Source of the DNA: Planctomycetota bacterium
Lineage (GTDB): Bacteria > Planctomycetota > UBA1135 > UBA2386
DNA: 64,000 nucleotides
Reading direction: 5' to 3'
NCBI GenBank assembly: GCA_046290465.1
Contig: JBKAGP010000001.1
Coordinates: forward strand, 2,048,001 to 2,112,000
How positions within the stretch are numbered: position 1 is the stretch's first letter; every line of letters begins with the position of its first letter. The notes under the pieces were generated by a model. That model was not told the origin of the DNA. It made no database searches and was given only the letters and a program-made list of their open reading frames with translations. Shown piece by piece: positions 1 to 11,365 of the stretch. The translations under genes and the position numbers were made by a program.

Positions 1-2
1 TC

Positions 3-473
3 GGCGGCGGCCGGCAGTGGCGCACGGTCGACGCATTCGAAGGCACCGAGGTCGTCGCCGCCTGCCACCGCGTGCTGCAGCGCGGCGGCGTGATCGGCGG
101 CAGTTCGGCCGGCGCGACCATCCAGGGCGAGCTGCTGGTGCGCGGCAATCCGCTTGGCAACAGCGACATGTGGTGCGAGGGCTACGACCGCGGCTTCGCG
201 TTCTTGCCCGGCTGCGCCGTCGACCAGCACTTCGTCGTACGCAAGCGGCTGAAGGACCTGCAGGAGGTCATCGGCCTGTGCCCGCAGGTGATCGGCATCG
301 GCGTCGACGAGGGCACGTGCGCGGTGGTCTCGGGCAGCACGCTGGAGGTGATCGGCGCGAGCAAGGTCGCGATCGTCGACGTTCGCAACGACTACGGGTT
401 CTTGATCCCGCCGAAGTGGCTGGAGCCGGGCGATCGGTGGGATCTGGCGAAGGCGAGCAAGGCGAAGGAGTAG
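3..473 (+). CDS. Cyanophycinase-like peptidase (family S51), 5'-truncated by the window edge
   Basis: Frame open from nt 3: GGGRQWRTVDAF...GGVIGGSSAGA (nucleophile elbow), AVDQHFVVRKRL and GIGVDEGT, all typical S51/cyanophycinase motifs. Confidence 0.8.
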   Translation, partial: GGGRQWRTVDAFEGTEVVAACHRVLQRGGVIGGSSAGATIQGELLVRGNPLGNSDMWCEGYDRGFAFLPGCAVDQHFVVRKRLKDLQEVIGLCPQVIGIGVDEGTCAVVSGSTLEVIGASKVAIVDVRNDYGFLIPPKWLEPGDRWDLAKASKAKE

Positions 474-576
474 CTACCCCAGTTCGCCAGGGTTGCGTGC
501 AGCCCCTTGCGTAGTTGTCCACCCCCGGTGTACGGACTCTGATGACTAGTCCTCACCCTTTTTCTTGGAGAGTCCC

Positions 577-1002
577 ATGTTCCCTCACATCGCGAAGATC
601 ACGACATTCCTTCTCCTTGTTGCCAGCGGATGGGCAGGTGTCCTTATTCCGCCACCGAGCGGATGTCGCCTTACCGTCAAGAACAACGGGACCTTGGAGC
701 AACCGGTCTACGAGTTCGGCTGCCAAGGAGACTGTGTCGCACCGGCCGCTAATCCCTGCGAAATCGACAGCACTGTCTTTAACGGCGATGATGGTTCGAC
801 ATCGGTGCTGTGGGAGTGCAAATGCGATGGGCAGGACATAAACGCCCTCAGCAATCAAGCATGCACCGCCAACATGAACAACAACGGGGGCGCTTGGAAG
901 ATCATATGCGGTCAAGCCCAGTGCAATAACCCCTGCACCAAGGCCTCGCTCCCCGTCGCGCCTGGTTCCAAGGTCTTCGCGTGCACATGCCCGGACGTCT
1001 GA
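577..1002 (+). CDS. Secreted cysteine-rich protein (141 aa, 12 Cys), function unknown
   Basis: GGAGAG RBS before ATG 577; signal-peptide-like N-terminus (KITTFLLLVASGWA); 12 Cys in the mature part including CKC and CTC; ends CTCPDV. Confidence 0.75.
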   Translation: MFPHIAKITTFLLLVASGWAGVLIPPPSGCRLTVKNNGTLEQPVYEFGCQGDCVAPAANPCEIDSTVFNGDDGSTSVLWECKCDGQDINALSNQACTANMNNNGGAWKIICGQAQCNNPCTKASLPVAPGSKVFACTCPDV

Positions 1003-2633
1003 GCCGAAGACGCCGCAACGCGGCGTTCGCTGTGATCGCGCTGTCGGCAGCAGCCGTGCTGGTCGCTTGGTTAACCGTCAATGTCGCCACGACAGGCAAT
1101 CCACGCGGCGAGAACACAGATTACGCAGCACTAGACACCGCCGTCTGGCATTCGGATACCGAACGCGACGAGCAGCAAGATCATCGGACAATTGCATCTG
1201 CCTCGCGTGATCAGGTACGTATCGAGACCTACGCGGAGCAACGGGCGCTGGCAGGCGTGGAACTCGGATCCCGTGCACTCGGCGGCAACGAGGGATGGGT
1301 CTACGAAGAAGCTTGGACCCCGCTTGGACTGTCCGATGCCGGAGGTAGGCGCTCTTGTCGCTGGTCTGACTTGTCGGGTCGCATCGTGACGGCTCGACTC
1401 GACGGGTTCGTTGCCACCGATGTTGCAGTCGGCACGGAGCAAGTTGGCAACGTCATCCGGATCGACCTGAAACCCGCCGCGCTCTTGATCGTTGACTGCT
1501 CGAGTCGCGACGGCACTCCGATCCGCGGCGTCGAGGTATCGGTCTCCCGGTCGGACCTTCCGGAGGGGCGCGGACCCGATGACAACTTCAGCCGGCGGCT
1601 AGCCGCCGGCTCGGCGTCTGGGGCAATCCACAGCGCAACGACCGATGAGAGTGGTCGCGCGCGGTTTACCAGATTGCCGCCCGGTCGGCTGTCGGTGCAG
1701 GTCCACCATCCGCACTACTGCCGAGTCGCCGTCGGCACCAGATTCGTCGAACTGGCCGCCGGCAGTCACCAGATGTCCCTGCTATTCGACCCGATCCTAC
1801 TCGCGATTGGAGCTGTTACGGACGACACCGTGCTTTCATGGTCTGCGAAATCGCCGAAATCAGCTCACATCGACGCGTCTGTCCTGGAGCAGACCCAGTG
1901 GATTGCACCCTCGTGGACCCGAAAGACGGGTCAGTCCACGGCACTTTGCTACGCGGGCACCCAAAAATGGCTCGGAGATCGTTACGCCGAGATCGACCAG
2001 CAAGTGATGTTCGACGTGTTCACCGCGTCGCACGGCAGCTGTCGGGTTGCGGTTCGCCTCGAGCGAGCCGACGCATGGCGTGGCCCAGATCATGTCGTCG
2101 TAGGCAAGGGACAAAGTCAGGTCGCATCAAGCCGAATGCGTGTGGTGCTGAAGGATGCTTCGTCTCGTCGGTTCGATTGCCTCGCTGGAATCTCGATGCG
2201 GTATCGAGGGAACAGCAGCCTGATCCGAATTCCCTTGGGCAACCGTGAAGGACGGGCCTTCCAACTTCCTGACGGTGACTACGAGTTCCACACGAACCAA
2301 CCGTTCCTGGAACAACACATCGATGGCGTCCTGTGCTCGGTCAAGGGTGACGACCAGATCGAACTGGAGATCCCGATGCCCGTCCGCAGTTGCCGAATCG
2401 AATGGCTGCATCCAAACTCGGAACGAGTCGCCGACGATGGCGTCGTGACTTTCTCGTGGCACGACCAGACCCATCAGGTCTCGATGAGCCACGGCTTGTC
2501 GAGATTTCGCTGGACGCTGCCCGTGGGCACGGTCGGAGTGTCGCTGGTGTCCGAATCGGGGTCCTTCGCAGGCCAGCTGGACGTGACCCCCGGTAGCGAT
2601 GTGCAGGTCACGCAGCTTCGACTCAATCGATGA
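981..2633 (+). CDS. Membrane-anchored protein with carboxypeptidase-regulatory-like/Cna-B-type beta-sandwich domains
   Basis: 550-aa ORF; basic N-terminus plus TM helix (AAFAVIALSAAAVLVAWL); DGTPIRGVEV...ATTDESGRARFTRLPPGRLSVQVHHPHY pattern; start may be ATG 987. Confidence 0.6.
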   Translation: MHMPGRLSRRRRNAAFAVIALSAAAVLVAWLTVNVATTGNPRGENTDYAALDTAVWHSDTERDEQQDHRTIASASRDQVRIETYAEQRALAGVELGSRALGGNEGWVYEEAWTPLGLSDAGGRRSCRWSDLSGRIVTARLDGFVATDVAVGTEQVGNVIRIDLKPAALLIVDCSSRDGTPIRGVEVSVSRSDLPEGRGPDDNFSRRLAAGSASGAIHSATTDESGRARFTRLPPGRLSVQVHHPHYCRVAVGTRFVELAAGSHQMSLLFDPILLAIGAVTDDTVLSWSAKSPKSAHIDASVLEQTQWIAPSWTRKTGQSTALCYAGTQKWLGDRYAEIDQQVMFDVFTASHGSCRVAVRLERADAWRGPDHVVVGKGQSQVASSRMRVVLKDASSRRFDCLAGISMRYRGNSSLIRIPLGNREGRAFQLPDGDYEFHTNQPFLEQHIDGVLCSVKGDDQIELEIPMPVRSCRIEWLHPNSERVADDGVVTFSWHDQTHQVSMSHGLSRFRWTLPVGTVGVSLVSESGSFAGQLDVTPGSDVQVTQLRLNR

Positions 2634-3004
2634 TGCGAAAGATCTCACTACTCGTCGTCGTGTCGGTACTCGGGGTGTCTGCCATCGCCAAGTTTCTGTC
2701 AGACCACGAGCCCTCGATGCTGCTGAACGAAAAAGCCTACTATCTGGTGGCCATTGCCGAATTGCTCGCTGCGGGTGGCTTGATGTCCTCGTGGCGCCGA
2801 CCGTTCGCGGCGATGACGCTGACCGCAGCATTGCTCGGTAGCGCCCTACTATGGTGGTGGGGCAGCGCCGGAAAATGTGGGTGCTTCGGGTCCTGGCATC
2901 TGGGCACGAAGTATCATCTCGTGCTGCTCGCGATCGTCGGGCTCTGCTCGCTGCATCTGATGGGGAGGACGTCAGGCAAGTCGCTGGACCGGCAAGTAGA
3001 CTGA
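2630..3004 (+). CDS. MauE/DoxX-family membrane protein
   Basis: Four hydrophobic segments, AIAELL motif and the CGCFG signature of MauE-like proteins; ATGA overlap with the upstream ORF. Confidence 0.75.
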   Translation: MMRKISLLVVVSVLGVSAIAKFLSDHEPSMLLNEKAYYLVAIAELLAAGGLMSSWRRPFAAMTLTAALLGSALLWWWGSAGKCGCFGSWHLGTKYHLVLLAIVGLCSLHLMGRTSGKSLDRQVD

Positions 3005-3005
3005 C

Positions 3006-3605
3006 TCAGGTCAGGCCGCGCTGGGCCAGCATGTTCTCGACGTACTTGGCCAGCACGTCGACCTCGACGTGCACCGGCGCGTCGACGGCGCGGCCGCCCA
3101 GCGTCGTCTGCTCCGCGGTGTGCGGGATGACGGCGATCATCACGGCCCCGTCGCGCTGGTCGGCGATCGTCAGCGACACCCCGTCCAGGGTGATCGAACC
3201 CTTTTGCACGCAATACTTTCTGAGGTCGTCGGGGACCTCGGCCCAGAGTTCACCGCCGTGCTGGGGGTCGATCGCACCGGTGATGCGACCGACGCCGTCG
3301 ACGTGCCCCTGCACGATGTGGCCGCCGAGCGGCTCGCCGGCGCGCAGCGCGCCCTCGAGGTTGACGCGGGTGCCGGCGACGGCCTGGCCGAGCCAGGTGC
3401 GGTCGAGCGTCTCCTGGGTCAGGAAGAACTCGGCATGACCGGATTGCAGCGACACCACGGTGCAGCAGACCCCGGACAGCGCGATCGAGTCGCCGATCCG
3501 GAACGGCCCCTGCAGGCCGGAGATGTCGACGGTCAGCCGCACTCCATCGGCTTCGGTGGCGTGGGCGGTGACGGTGCCGGTGGCTTGCACGAGGCCGGTG
3601 AACAT
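3006..3605 (-). CDS. ribE: Riboflavin synthase (alpha chain)
   Basis: MFTGLV start, GDSIALSGVCCTV, VNLE, GGHIVQGHVDG, KGSITLDGVSLT. Confidence 0.97.
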   Translation of the reverse strand: MFTGLVQATGTVTAHATEADGVRLTVDISGLQGPFRIGDSIALSGVCCTVVSLQSGHAEFFLTQETLDRTWLGQAVAGTRVNLEGALRAGEPLGGHIVQGHVDGVGRITGAIDPQHGGELWAEVPDDLRKYCVQKGSITLDGVSLTIADQRDGAVMIAVIPHTAEQTTLGGRAVDAPVHVEVDVLAKYVENMLAQRGLT

Positions 3606-3673
3606 CGGGGGATCGGCGGGTTCGGTCGGGGAATCGGGTTGCGGAAACGCTGTCTTACAGGGCCCTGGCGGCC

Positions 3674-3702
3674 TTGACCGCCCTGGGCCGCAAACGTATG
3701 GT
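3674..3702 (+). promoter_or_regulatory. Putative sigma-70 promoter of trmD-rplS
   Basis: TTGACC (3674-3679), 17-nt spacer, TATGGT (3697-3702), 29 nt before the trmD TTG start. Confidence 0.65.
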
Positions 3703-3731
3703 GTTCACCCCTTCTTCGCGGCAGGGGCACC

Positions 3732-4454
3732 TTGCACTGCGCCATTCTGACACTCTTTCCAGACGCCATCCGGCCGTACCTGGACGAGAGCATCCTCGGG
3801 ATTGCTCAGGCCCAAGGCAACCTCCGGGTCGACCTCGTCGACTTCCGGAACCACGCCTTGGACCCGCATCGCACGGTCGACGATCGACCGTTCGGTGGCG
3901 GGCCAGGCATGGTGCTCAAGCCGGAACCGATCTTTTCAGCCACTGAAGAAGTGGAGCAGGCCCATGGCCCGTTCCACAAGATCCTGCTCTGCCCCCGCGG
4001 TCGAACCTTCGACCAGGCGCGCGCGCGGGAGCTCAGCCGCATGGAGCGGCTGATGTTCCTGTGCGGACGCTACGAGGGCTTCGACGAACGCATCCGCGAC
4101 GGCCTCGCCGCTTCGGATGGCGGCTACGAGGAGATCTCGCTCGGCGACTTCGTGTTGGCCGGTGGCGAGTTGCCTGCGATGGTCGTGCTCGAAGCCGCGG
4201 TAAGGCTGATCCCGGGAGTGCTGGGGTGCGCCGAGTCGGCGCAGCTCGAGTCGTTCGAAGGCGAACTGCTCGATCATCCGCAGTACACCCGCCCGCGCGA
4301 GTTCCGCGGCATGGACGTTCCCGAGGTGTTGTTCTCGGGCGACCACGCCAAGGTGGCGCGCTGGCGCGAGGAGCAGGCCAGGGCCCTCACCGCCACCAAG
4401 GCGGCGATCGAGGGCCGCGCACCCAAGCAAACCGACCGACTTCCAACCGACTGA
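3732..4454 (+). CDS. trmD: tRNA (guanine-N1)-methyltransferase TrmD
   Basis: LTLFP, VDDRPFGGGPGMVLK, CGRYEGFDER, SLGDFVLAGGE, PQYTRP, SGDH motifs. Confidence 0.98.
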   Translation: MHCAILTLFPDAIRPYLDESILGIAQAQGNLRVDLVDFRNHALDPHRTVDDRPFGGGPGMVLKPEPIFSATEEVEQAHGPFHKILLCPRGRTFDQARARELSRMERLMFLCGRYEGFDERIRDGLAASDGGYEEISLGDFVLAGGELPAMVVLEAAVRLIPGVLGCAESAQLESFEGELLDHPQYTRPREFRGMDVPEVLFSGDHAKVARWREEQARALTATKAAIEGRAPKQTDRLPTD

Positions 4455-4521
4455 CTTTCCGACCATCGACCCGCCCGCCAGCCGCGGCCGGGTCCCCGAT
4501 ACGAGACCGCAGGACAGACCC

Positions 4522-4944
4522 ATGAACATCATGCGCCAGATCGAGCTCGAGCACATGAAGGCCGAGCTCCCCGACTTCGGTGTCGGCGACACCGTCGACG
4601 TGCACTACCTCATCAAGGAAGGGGACAAGGAGCGCGTGCAGCTGTTCACGGGCACCGTGATCAAGTTCCAAGGCGCGGGCACCCGCCGCACGTTCACCGT
4701 GCGCCGCATCGTCGCCGGCGAAGGCGTCGAGCGCACGTTCACGCTGCACAGCGCGCGCGTCGCCGACGTCAAGGTCAAGGACCGCGGCGTCATCCGCCGC
4801 GCCAAGCTCTGCTACCTGCGCGAGCGCGAGGGCAAGGCGACCCGCCTGACCCGCAACCTGGGCAAGCTGAAGTGGCCGCGCAGCGGTGCTGGCAGTGGCC
4901 TTACGCACGACGACGCGAGCGCCGGCACGCCGGCAGCCGAATAG
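4522..4944 (+). CDS. rplS: 50S ribosomal protein L19
   Basis: FGVGDTVDVH, KEGDKERVQLFTG, TFTVRR, GVERTF, RRAKLCYLR; downstream of trmD. Confidence 0.98.
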   Translation: MNIMRQIELEHMKAELPDFGVGDTVDVHYLIKEGDKERVQLFTGTVIKFQGAGTRRTFTVRRIVAGEGVERTFTLHSARVADVKVKDRGVIRRAKLCYLREREGKATRLTRNLGKLKWPRSGAGSGLTHDDASAGTPAAE

Positions 4945-5070
4945 TCCTGATCGTCTGAATTCCGGGGAGGAACCGCCGCTGGCCCGAAGGGGTGCGGCCC
5001 CGCCCCCCGGCGCCCCGACGGCGCCACCCCCACCACTACCCACGACACGTCTTCCGCGGCCTCGCCTGTC

Positions 5071-8000
5071 ATGCTCGAGAACGCCCGTCGTCAGTTCCTC
5101 CTCGTCCTCTTCGCGGTGCTCGCGGGCATCGCGAGCATCGCGGTCCTCGAGCCCAGCTTCGGCACCGACCTCAAGGGCGGCACCCAGCTCCTCTACGACG
5201 TCCCGGCCGACGTGCTCGAAGAGCTCGTCAAGAAGGAGGGGGCTTCGAAGGACGAGATCATGGCGCAGACCATCGGCGTCATGCGCGAGCGCATCGACCC
5301 GAACGGCACGCTCGATCCGCTGATCACGCGCAGCGGCGACACCGGCATCCTGGTCGAGCTGAGCTACTTCGAGAACCCGCTCGAGCTGAAGCGCGTCCTC
5401 GACCGCATCAGCAACCTCGGCCGCCTCGAGATGCGCATCGTCGTCTACGACGGCTACGCGAAGGACGGCGACAGCTTCACGTCGCAGCGCATCGCCGCCG
5501 AGAAGAGCAAGCTCGAGACGTGGCTGAAGAAGCCGGAGAACGCGGCGCTGATCGCCGAGGATCCGCTCGACATCCGCCGCTACAACGAGGATCCGAACAA
5601 CGGTCCCAACCAGTTCGGCATCATCCACTGGTTCCCGCGCGAGATCCGGCCCAACGGCAAGGACGCGACCCGCTGGGACCGCTCGTTCGCCGACATCCCC
5701 GACCTGGCGCCGATCACGGTCCAGGCCTTCGACGAGAAGCAGTGGAACGGCGGCGCGATCCCGGAGGACGTGCTGAAGCTCGATCCGAAGGAACAGCACC
5801 TGTTCGAGTTCGTCGCGATCAACATGATCGAGCGCTCGTTCAGCGGCGAGGACCTCGAGCCGGCCGGCGTCGGTGTCGGCCAGGGCCGCAACGGCCTGCC
5901 CGCGGTCAACTACGAGCTGATCGGCGCGCTGAAGGGCGCCTACGCCGACTGGTCCGCCGAGCACAAGGGTGAGTCGAGCGCGATCATCCTCAACGGCTAC
6001 GTCAAGTCGGCGCCGGTCTTCCGCAACAAGATCCCGGGGCGCGGCATCATCGAGGGTGATTTCACCCTCCAGGAGGTCGAGGAGCTGGTCAAGGTGCTGC
6101 GCACCGGCTCGCTGCGCATCGAGCCCGAGAAGCTCAGCCAGACCACCATCGGCCCGAACCTAGGCCAGGCGGCGATCCAACGCGGCCTGATCTCGATCAT
6201 CGCCGGCGGCGTGCTGGTCTTCCTGTTCATGCTCGCCTTCTACAAGATCGCGGGCACCATCGCGTGCGTCGCGCTGCTGTTGAACGTGTTCCTGCTCTAC
6301 GCGGGCATGCTGTTCATGCAGGCGACGATCACCCTGCCGGGCCTCGGCGGCATCGTGCTGACGCTCGGCATGGCGGTCGACGCCAACGTGCTGATCTACG
6401 AGCGCATCCGCGAGGAGCTCAACAAGGGCAAGGAGATGCTGCAGGCGGTGCGTTCGGGCTTCGAACGCGCGATGTCGGCAATCCTCGACTCCAACATCAC
6501 GACCTTCCTGGTCGGCCTGGTGCTGTTCAACGTCGGCGTCGGCCCGGTGCGCGGCTTCGCCGTGACGCTGATGGTCGGCATCATCACGACGGTCTTCACG
6601 CAGTTCTTCGTCTCGCGCCTGCTGTTCCACTGGGCGCTGTCGAACAACAAGCTGGAGGGCTGGAAGCCGAACACGCTGTTCGAGAACCGCGACGTCGACT
6701 TCGTCGGCAAGATCAAGGCGTGCGTGCTGATCAGCGCGATCGTCATCATCGGCGGTGTCGGCTACTCGACGACCGTCCCGGCCGAGGAGAAGCTCAGCAT
6801 CGACTTCACCGGCGGCTCGAACCTGCGCATGGTCACCAAGGAGGCGACCACCGACGAAGCCGTGCGCGCCAAGCTGGCCGCCGACGCGGCCTTCCTCGAG
6901 GCCTACCCGACCTACAGCGTCAACAAGGTCGGCGAGGACGGCACCGAGTACAACATCCGCCTGAAGCTGACCGAGGAGCAGCGCAACGAGATCGACGCAG
7001 CGCGCGCCGCCTGGCGTGACCTGCGCAAGGACTACCTGGCGCAGCTCAACAACGAGGAACTCAGCGAAGAGGAGCGCGAGGCGCTGACGCCGCCGGCGCC
7101 GTACGAGCCGCCCTACGTCGCCGCGCTGCGCACCGCCTTCGAGGGCGAGCTGGTCGAGCCGGCGTTCAGCGGCGCGCTGATGGTCGACGAGGCCGAGACC
7201 AACATGATGGCGGCGCAGATCGACGTGCACTTCGCGCGGCCGGTGCTGATCGCGCAGGTGCGCGAACGGCTCGGCAAGGGCCTCGCCGACGGCCGGGTCA
7301 CCGCGCTCGGCGACGAGGCCGCGACCAGCGCCAAGAACTTCCAGGTCGAGTGGAGCACGCAGAACTCGACCCGCAAGTGGGAGCTGGCCGAGATCATCAG
7401 CGACGAGCTCGAGGGCCTGACCGACGAGGACGGCAAGGAGATCGTGCTGTCGGATCCGTTCCCGGAGGCCCAGGAGATCCAGGGCCGCCTGGTCAACGAC
7501 CTGCGCAACGCCGCGATCGGCGCGCTGCTGCTGGCCTGGGCGCTGATCGTCTTCTACCTGCGGATCCGCTTCCACGAGTACAAGTACGGCCTCGCCGCCG
7601 TCGTCGCGCTGATCCACGACGTGCTGGTGACGTTCGGCATCGTGGTGCTGTTCAACCACATGGGCTGGGTCAACGCCGAGATCAGCCTGGCGATGATCGC
7701 CTGCTTCCTGACGATCATCGGCTACTCGGTCAACGACACCATCGTCGTGTTCGACCGGATCCGTGAGAACCGCATCGAGAACGCCCGCAACAACGTCGAC
7801 GAATCGTTCCGTTCGCTGATCAACCGTTCGCTGAACCAGACGCTGTCCCGCACCGTGCTGACCACGGTGCTGACGCTGTTCGTGGTCATCGCGCAGCTGA
7901 TCGTCAACTGGGACAGCGGCTCCGACCTCGAGGCGTTCGCGTTCGCGATGACGATCGGCATGTGCTGCGGCGTCTACTCGACGATGTACATCGCCGCGCC

Positions 8001-8148
8001 GATCCTGATCTGGATGGACAAGGGCGACCCGGTCGAGGTCCCGGACGATCCGCGCGACCCGAACCGCGAAGGTGACTTCGACAACGAAGCGGAGCTCGCG
8101 GCCCAGGAGGCCGCCGCCGCCGCGGCCGCCGCCGAGAAGGAGGCGTAG
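5071..8148 (+). CDS. secDF: Protein translocase subunit SecDF (fused SecD-SecF)
   Basis: GTDLKGG, IGPNLG, TLPGLGGIVLTLGMAVDANVLIYERIREE, IDFTGG, IIGYSVNDTIVVFDRIRE. Confidence 0.97.
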   Translation: MLENARRQFLLVLFAVLAGIASIAVLEPSFGTDLKGGTQLLYDVPADVLEELVKKEGASKDEIMAQTIGVMRERIDPNGTLDPLITRSGDTGILVELSYFENPLELKRVLDRISNLGRLEMRIVVYDGYAKDGDSFTSQRIAAEKSKLETWLKKPENAALIAEDPLDIRRYNEDPNNGPNQFGIIHWFPREIRPNGKDATRWDRSFADIPDLAPITVQAFDEKQWNGGAIPEDVLKLDPKEQHLFEFVAINMIERSFSGEDLEPAGVGVGQGRNGLPAVNYELIGALKGAYADWSAEHKGESSAIILNGYVKSAPVFRNKIPGRGIIEGDFTLQEVEELVKVLRTGSLRIEPEKLSQTTIGPNLGQAAIQRGLISIIAGGVLVFLFMLAFYKIAGTIACVALLLNVFLLYAGMLFMQATITLPGLGGIVLTLGMAVDANVLIYERIREELNKGKEMLQAVRSGFERAMSAILDSNITTFLVGLVLFNVGVGPVRGFAVTLMVGIITTVFTQFFVSRLLFHWALSNNKLEGWKPNTLFENRDVDFVGKIKACVLISAIVIIGGVGYSTTVPAEEKLSIDFTGGSNLRMVTKEATTDEAVRAKLAADAAFLEAYPTYSVNKVGEDGTEYNIRLKLTEEQRNEIDAARAAWRDLRKDYLAQLNNEELSEEEREALTPPAPYEPPYVAALRTAFEGELVEPAFSGALMVDEAETNMMAAQIDVHFARPVLIAQVRERLGKGLADGRVTALGDEAATSAKNFQVEWSTQNSTRKWELAEIISDELEGLTDEDGKEIVLSDPFPEAQEIQGRLVNDLRNAAIGALLLAWALIVFYLRIRFHEYKYGLAAVVALIHDVLVTFGIVVLFNHMGWVNAEISLAMIACFLTIIGYSVNDTIVVFDRIRENRIENARNNVDESFRSLINRSLNQTLSRTVLTTVLTLFVVIAQLIVNWDSGSDLEAFAFAMTIGMCCGVYSTMYIAAPILIWMDKGDPVEVPDDPRDPNREGDFDNEAELAAQEAAAAAAAAEKEA

Positions 8149-8168
8149 GCCGCTCCGGCGGCCGGCGC

Positions 8169-9890
<1,722 letters not shown>

Positions 9891-9892
9891 CC

Positions 9893-11194
9893 TTGGGCGA
9901 AACCACACTCGACACATCGAAGGGCCACGGCACCGAGGCCATCCTGTTCGGCCTCGTTCCGACCGGCGATCCCCGCACCGCGGCCGAAGCGCTGTCCGAA
10001 CTGCAGCAGCTGGCCGAGACCGCCGAGTTCGTGCCGGCCGGCTGCATCGTGCAGCACCGCCGCGTCGCGGACCCGCACAGCTACCTTGGCAGCGGCAAGC
10101 TCGAGGAGCTCGCCGACGTCGTGCGGCTCGCACACAGCGGCTGCGTGATCTGCGACGATTCGCTGACGCCCAACCAGGCGCGCAACATCGAGAAGGCCGT
10201 CAACGTGCCGGTGATCGACCGCAGCGAGCTGATCCTGCAGATCTTCGGTTCGCACGCGCGCACGCCGCAGGCGCGGCTGCAGGTCGAACTCGCGGCGCTG
10301 CAGTACGAACTGCCCCGCCTGCGCCGCCGCTGGACCCACCTCGAGCGCCAGCGCGGCGGCATCGGCCTGCGCGGCGGCGCCGGCGAGAAGCAGATCGACG
10401 TCGACCGCAACCTGGTGCGCACCCGCATCGCGTCGGTCAACCGCGACCTCAAGCGCATCGAGCAGCACAAGACGCGCGAGGTGCAGGGCCGCCCCGACCT
10501 GTTCACGATCGCGCTCGTCGGCTACACCAACGCCGGCAAGTCGACGCTGATGAACCGGCTGACCGACGCCGGGGTGATCGCCGAGAACAAGCTGTTCTCG
10601 ACGCTCGACACGCGCACGCGGCCGTGGCGCCTGCCCGGCGGCCGCACCGTGCTGCTGACCGACACCGTCGGGTTCCTGCGCAAGCTCCCCCACCAGCTGG
10701 TCGCCAGCTTCCACGCCACGCTCGAAGAGGCGCTGCACACCGACCTGCTGCTGGTGCTGATCGACGGCAGCTCGCCGGAGGCGGCCGAGCAGCTGCTGGC
10801 GGTCAACGAGGTGCTCGAGACCCTCGAGGTCGACGACCTGCCGCGGCTGACCGTGCTCAACAAGCTCGACCAGATCGAGGACCGCGCCAGCCTCGCGCCG
10901 CTCTGGCAGGTCGACCCCGACGCGATCCCGGTCTCGGTGCAGGACGGCGAGGGCCTGCCGGACCTGTTCGCGGCGATCCAGTCGCACCTGTCCGACGTCG
11001 AAAACCGCGTCGAACTGCTGCTGCCACACTCGGCCGGCGCGCTGCACGCCGAGATCCGCGCCCGGGCCACCGTGCTGTCGGAGTTCTACACCGAGGACGG
11101 CTGCCTGATGGAGATCCAGGCCTCGCCGGCGCTGCTCGGGCGATTGATGGCCGGCGGAGCCCTCCCCGTACGCCACGACGACACAAAGGGTTAG
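9893..11194 (+). CDS. hflX: Ribosome-splitting GTPase HflX
   Basis: GSGKLEEL, LQVELAALQYELPRL, GYTNAGKSTL, LFSTLD, DTVGF, NKLD. Confidence 0.97.
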   Translation: MGETTLDTSKGHGTEAILFGLVPTGDPRTAAEALSELQQLAETAEFVPAGCIVQHRRVADPHSYLGSGKLEELADVVRLAHSGCVICDDSLTPNQARNIEKAVNVPVIDRSELILQIFGSHARTPQARLQVELAALQYELPRLRRRWTHLERQRGGIGLRGGAGEKQIDVDRNLVRTRIASVNRDLKRIEQHKTREVQGRPDLFTIALVGYTNAGKSTLMNRLTDAGVIAENKLFSTLDTRTRPWRLPGGRTVLLTDTVGFLRKLPHQLVASFHATLEEALHTDLLLVLIDGSSPEAAEQLLAVNEVLETLEVDDLPRLTVLNKLDQIEDRASLAPLWQVDPDAIPVSVQDGEGLPDLFAAIQSHLSDVENRVELLLPHSAGALHAEIRARATVLSEFYTEDGCLMEIQASPALLGRLMAGGALPVRHDDTKG

Positions 11195-11365
11195 AACGTC
11201 GCGCGCGCGCGCCGGGCGAGCCTGCGGGGATTCCTGGAGAAAGGTCGTTATGCCGGGCGGAGCGGTCCGCTTCTGATGGAGTCGCCTCGGCTCGATTCAC
11301 CCCGCCAACCATCGGTCGGCAGGTCCGCGGCGTTGGACTATCCCTGTTCCCCCGAAGAGGAAATC

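Noticed and set aside
3..473. Functional link between the cyanophycinase-like gene and the ligase operon
   Set aside because: 19 kb apart with housekeeping genes between, the gene is truncated, and no cyanophycin synthetase is in the window
577..1002. Cys-rich protein as methylamine dehydrogenase small subunit (MauA), given 12 Cys, two mature-region Trp and a MauE neighbour
   Set aside because: No Tat motif, no MauA-like sequence pattern that I can recognise, and no mauB/mauD/mauG nearby
474..3004. Mobile element call for the atypical cassette
   Set aside because: No integrase, transposase, tRNA target or flanking direct repeats seen; only composition suggests foreign origin
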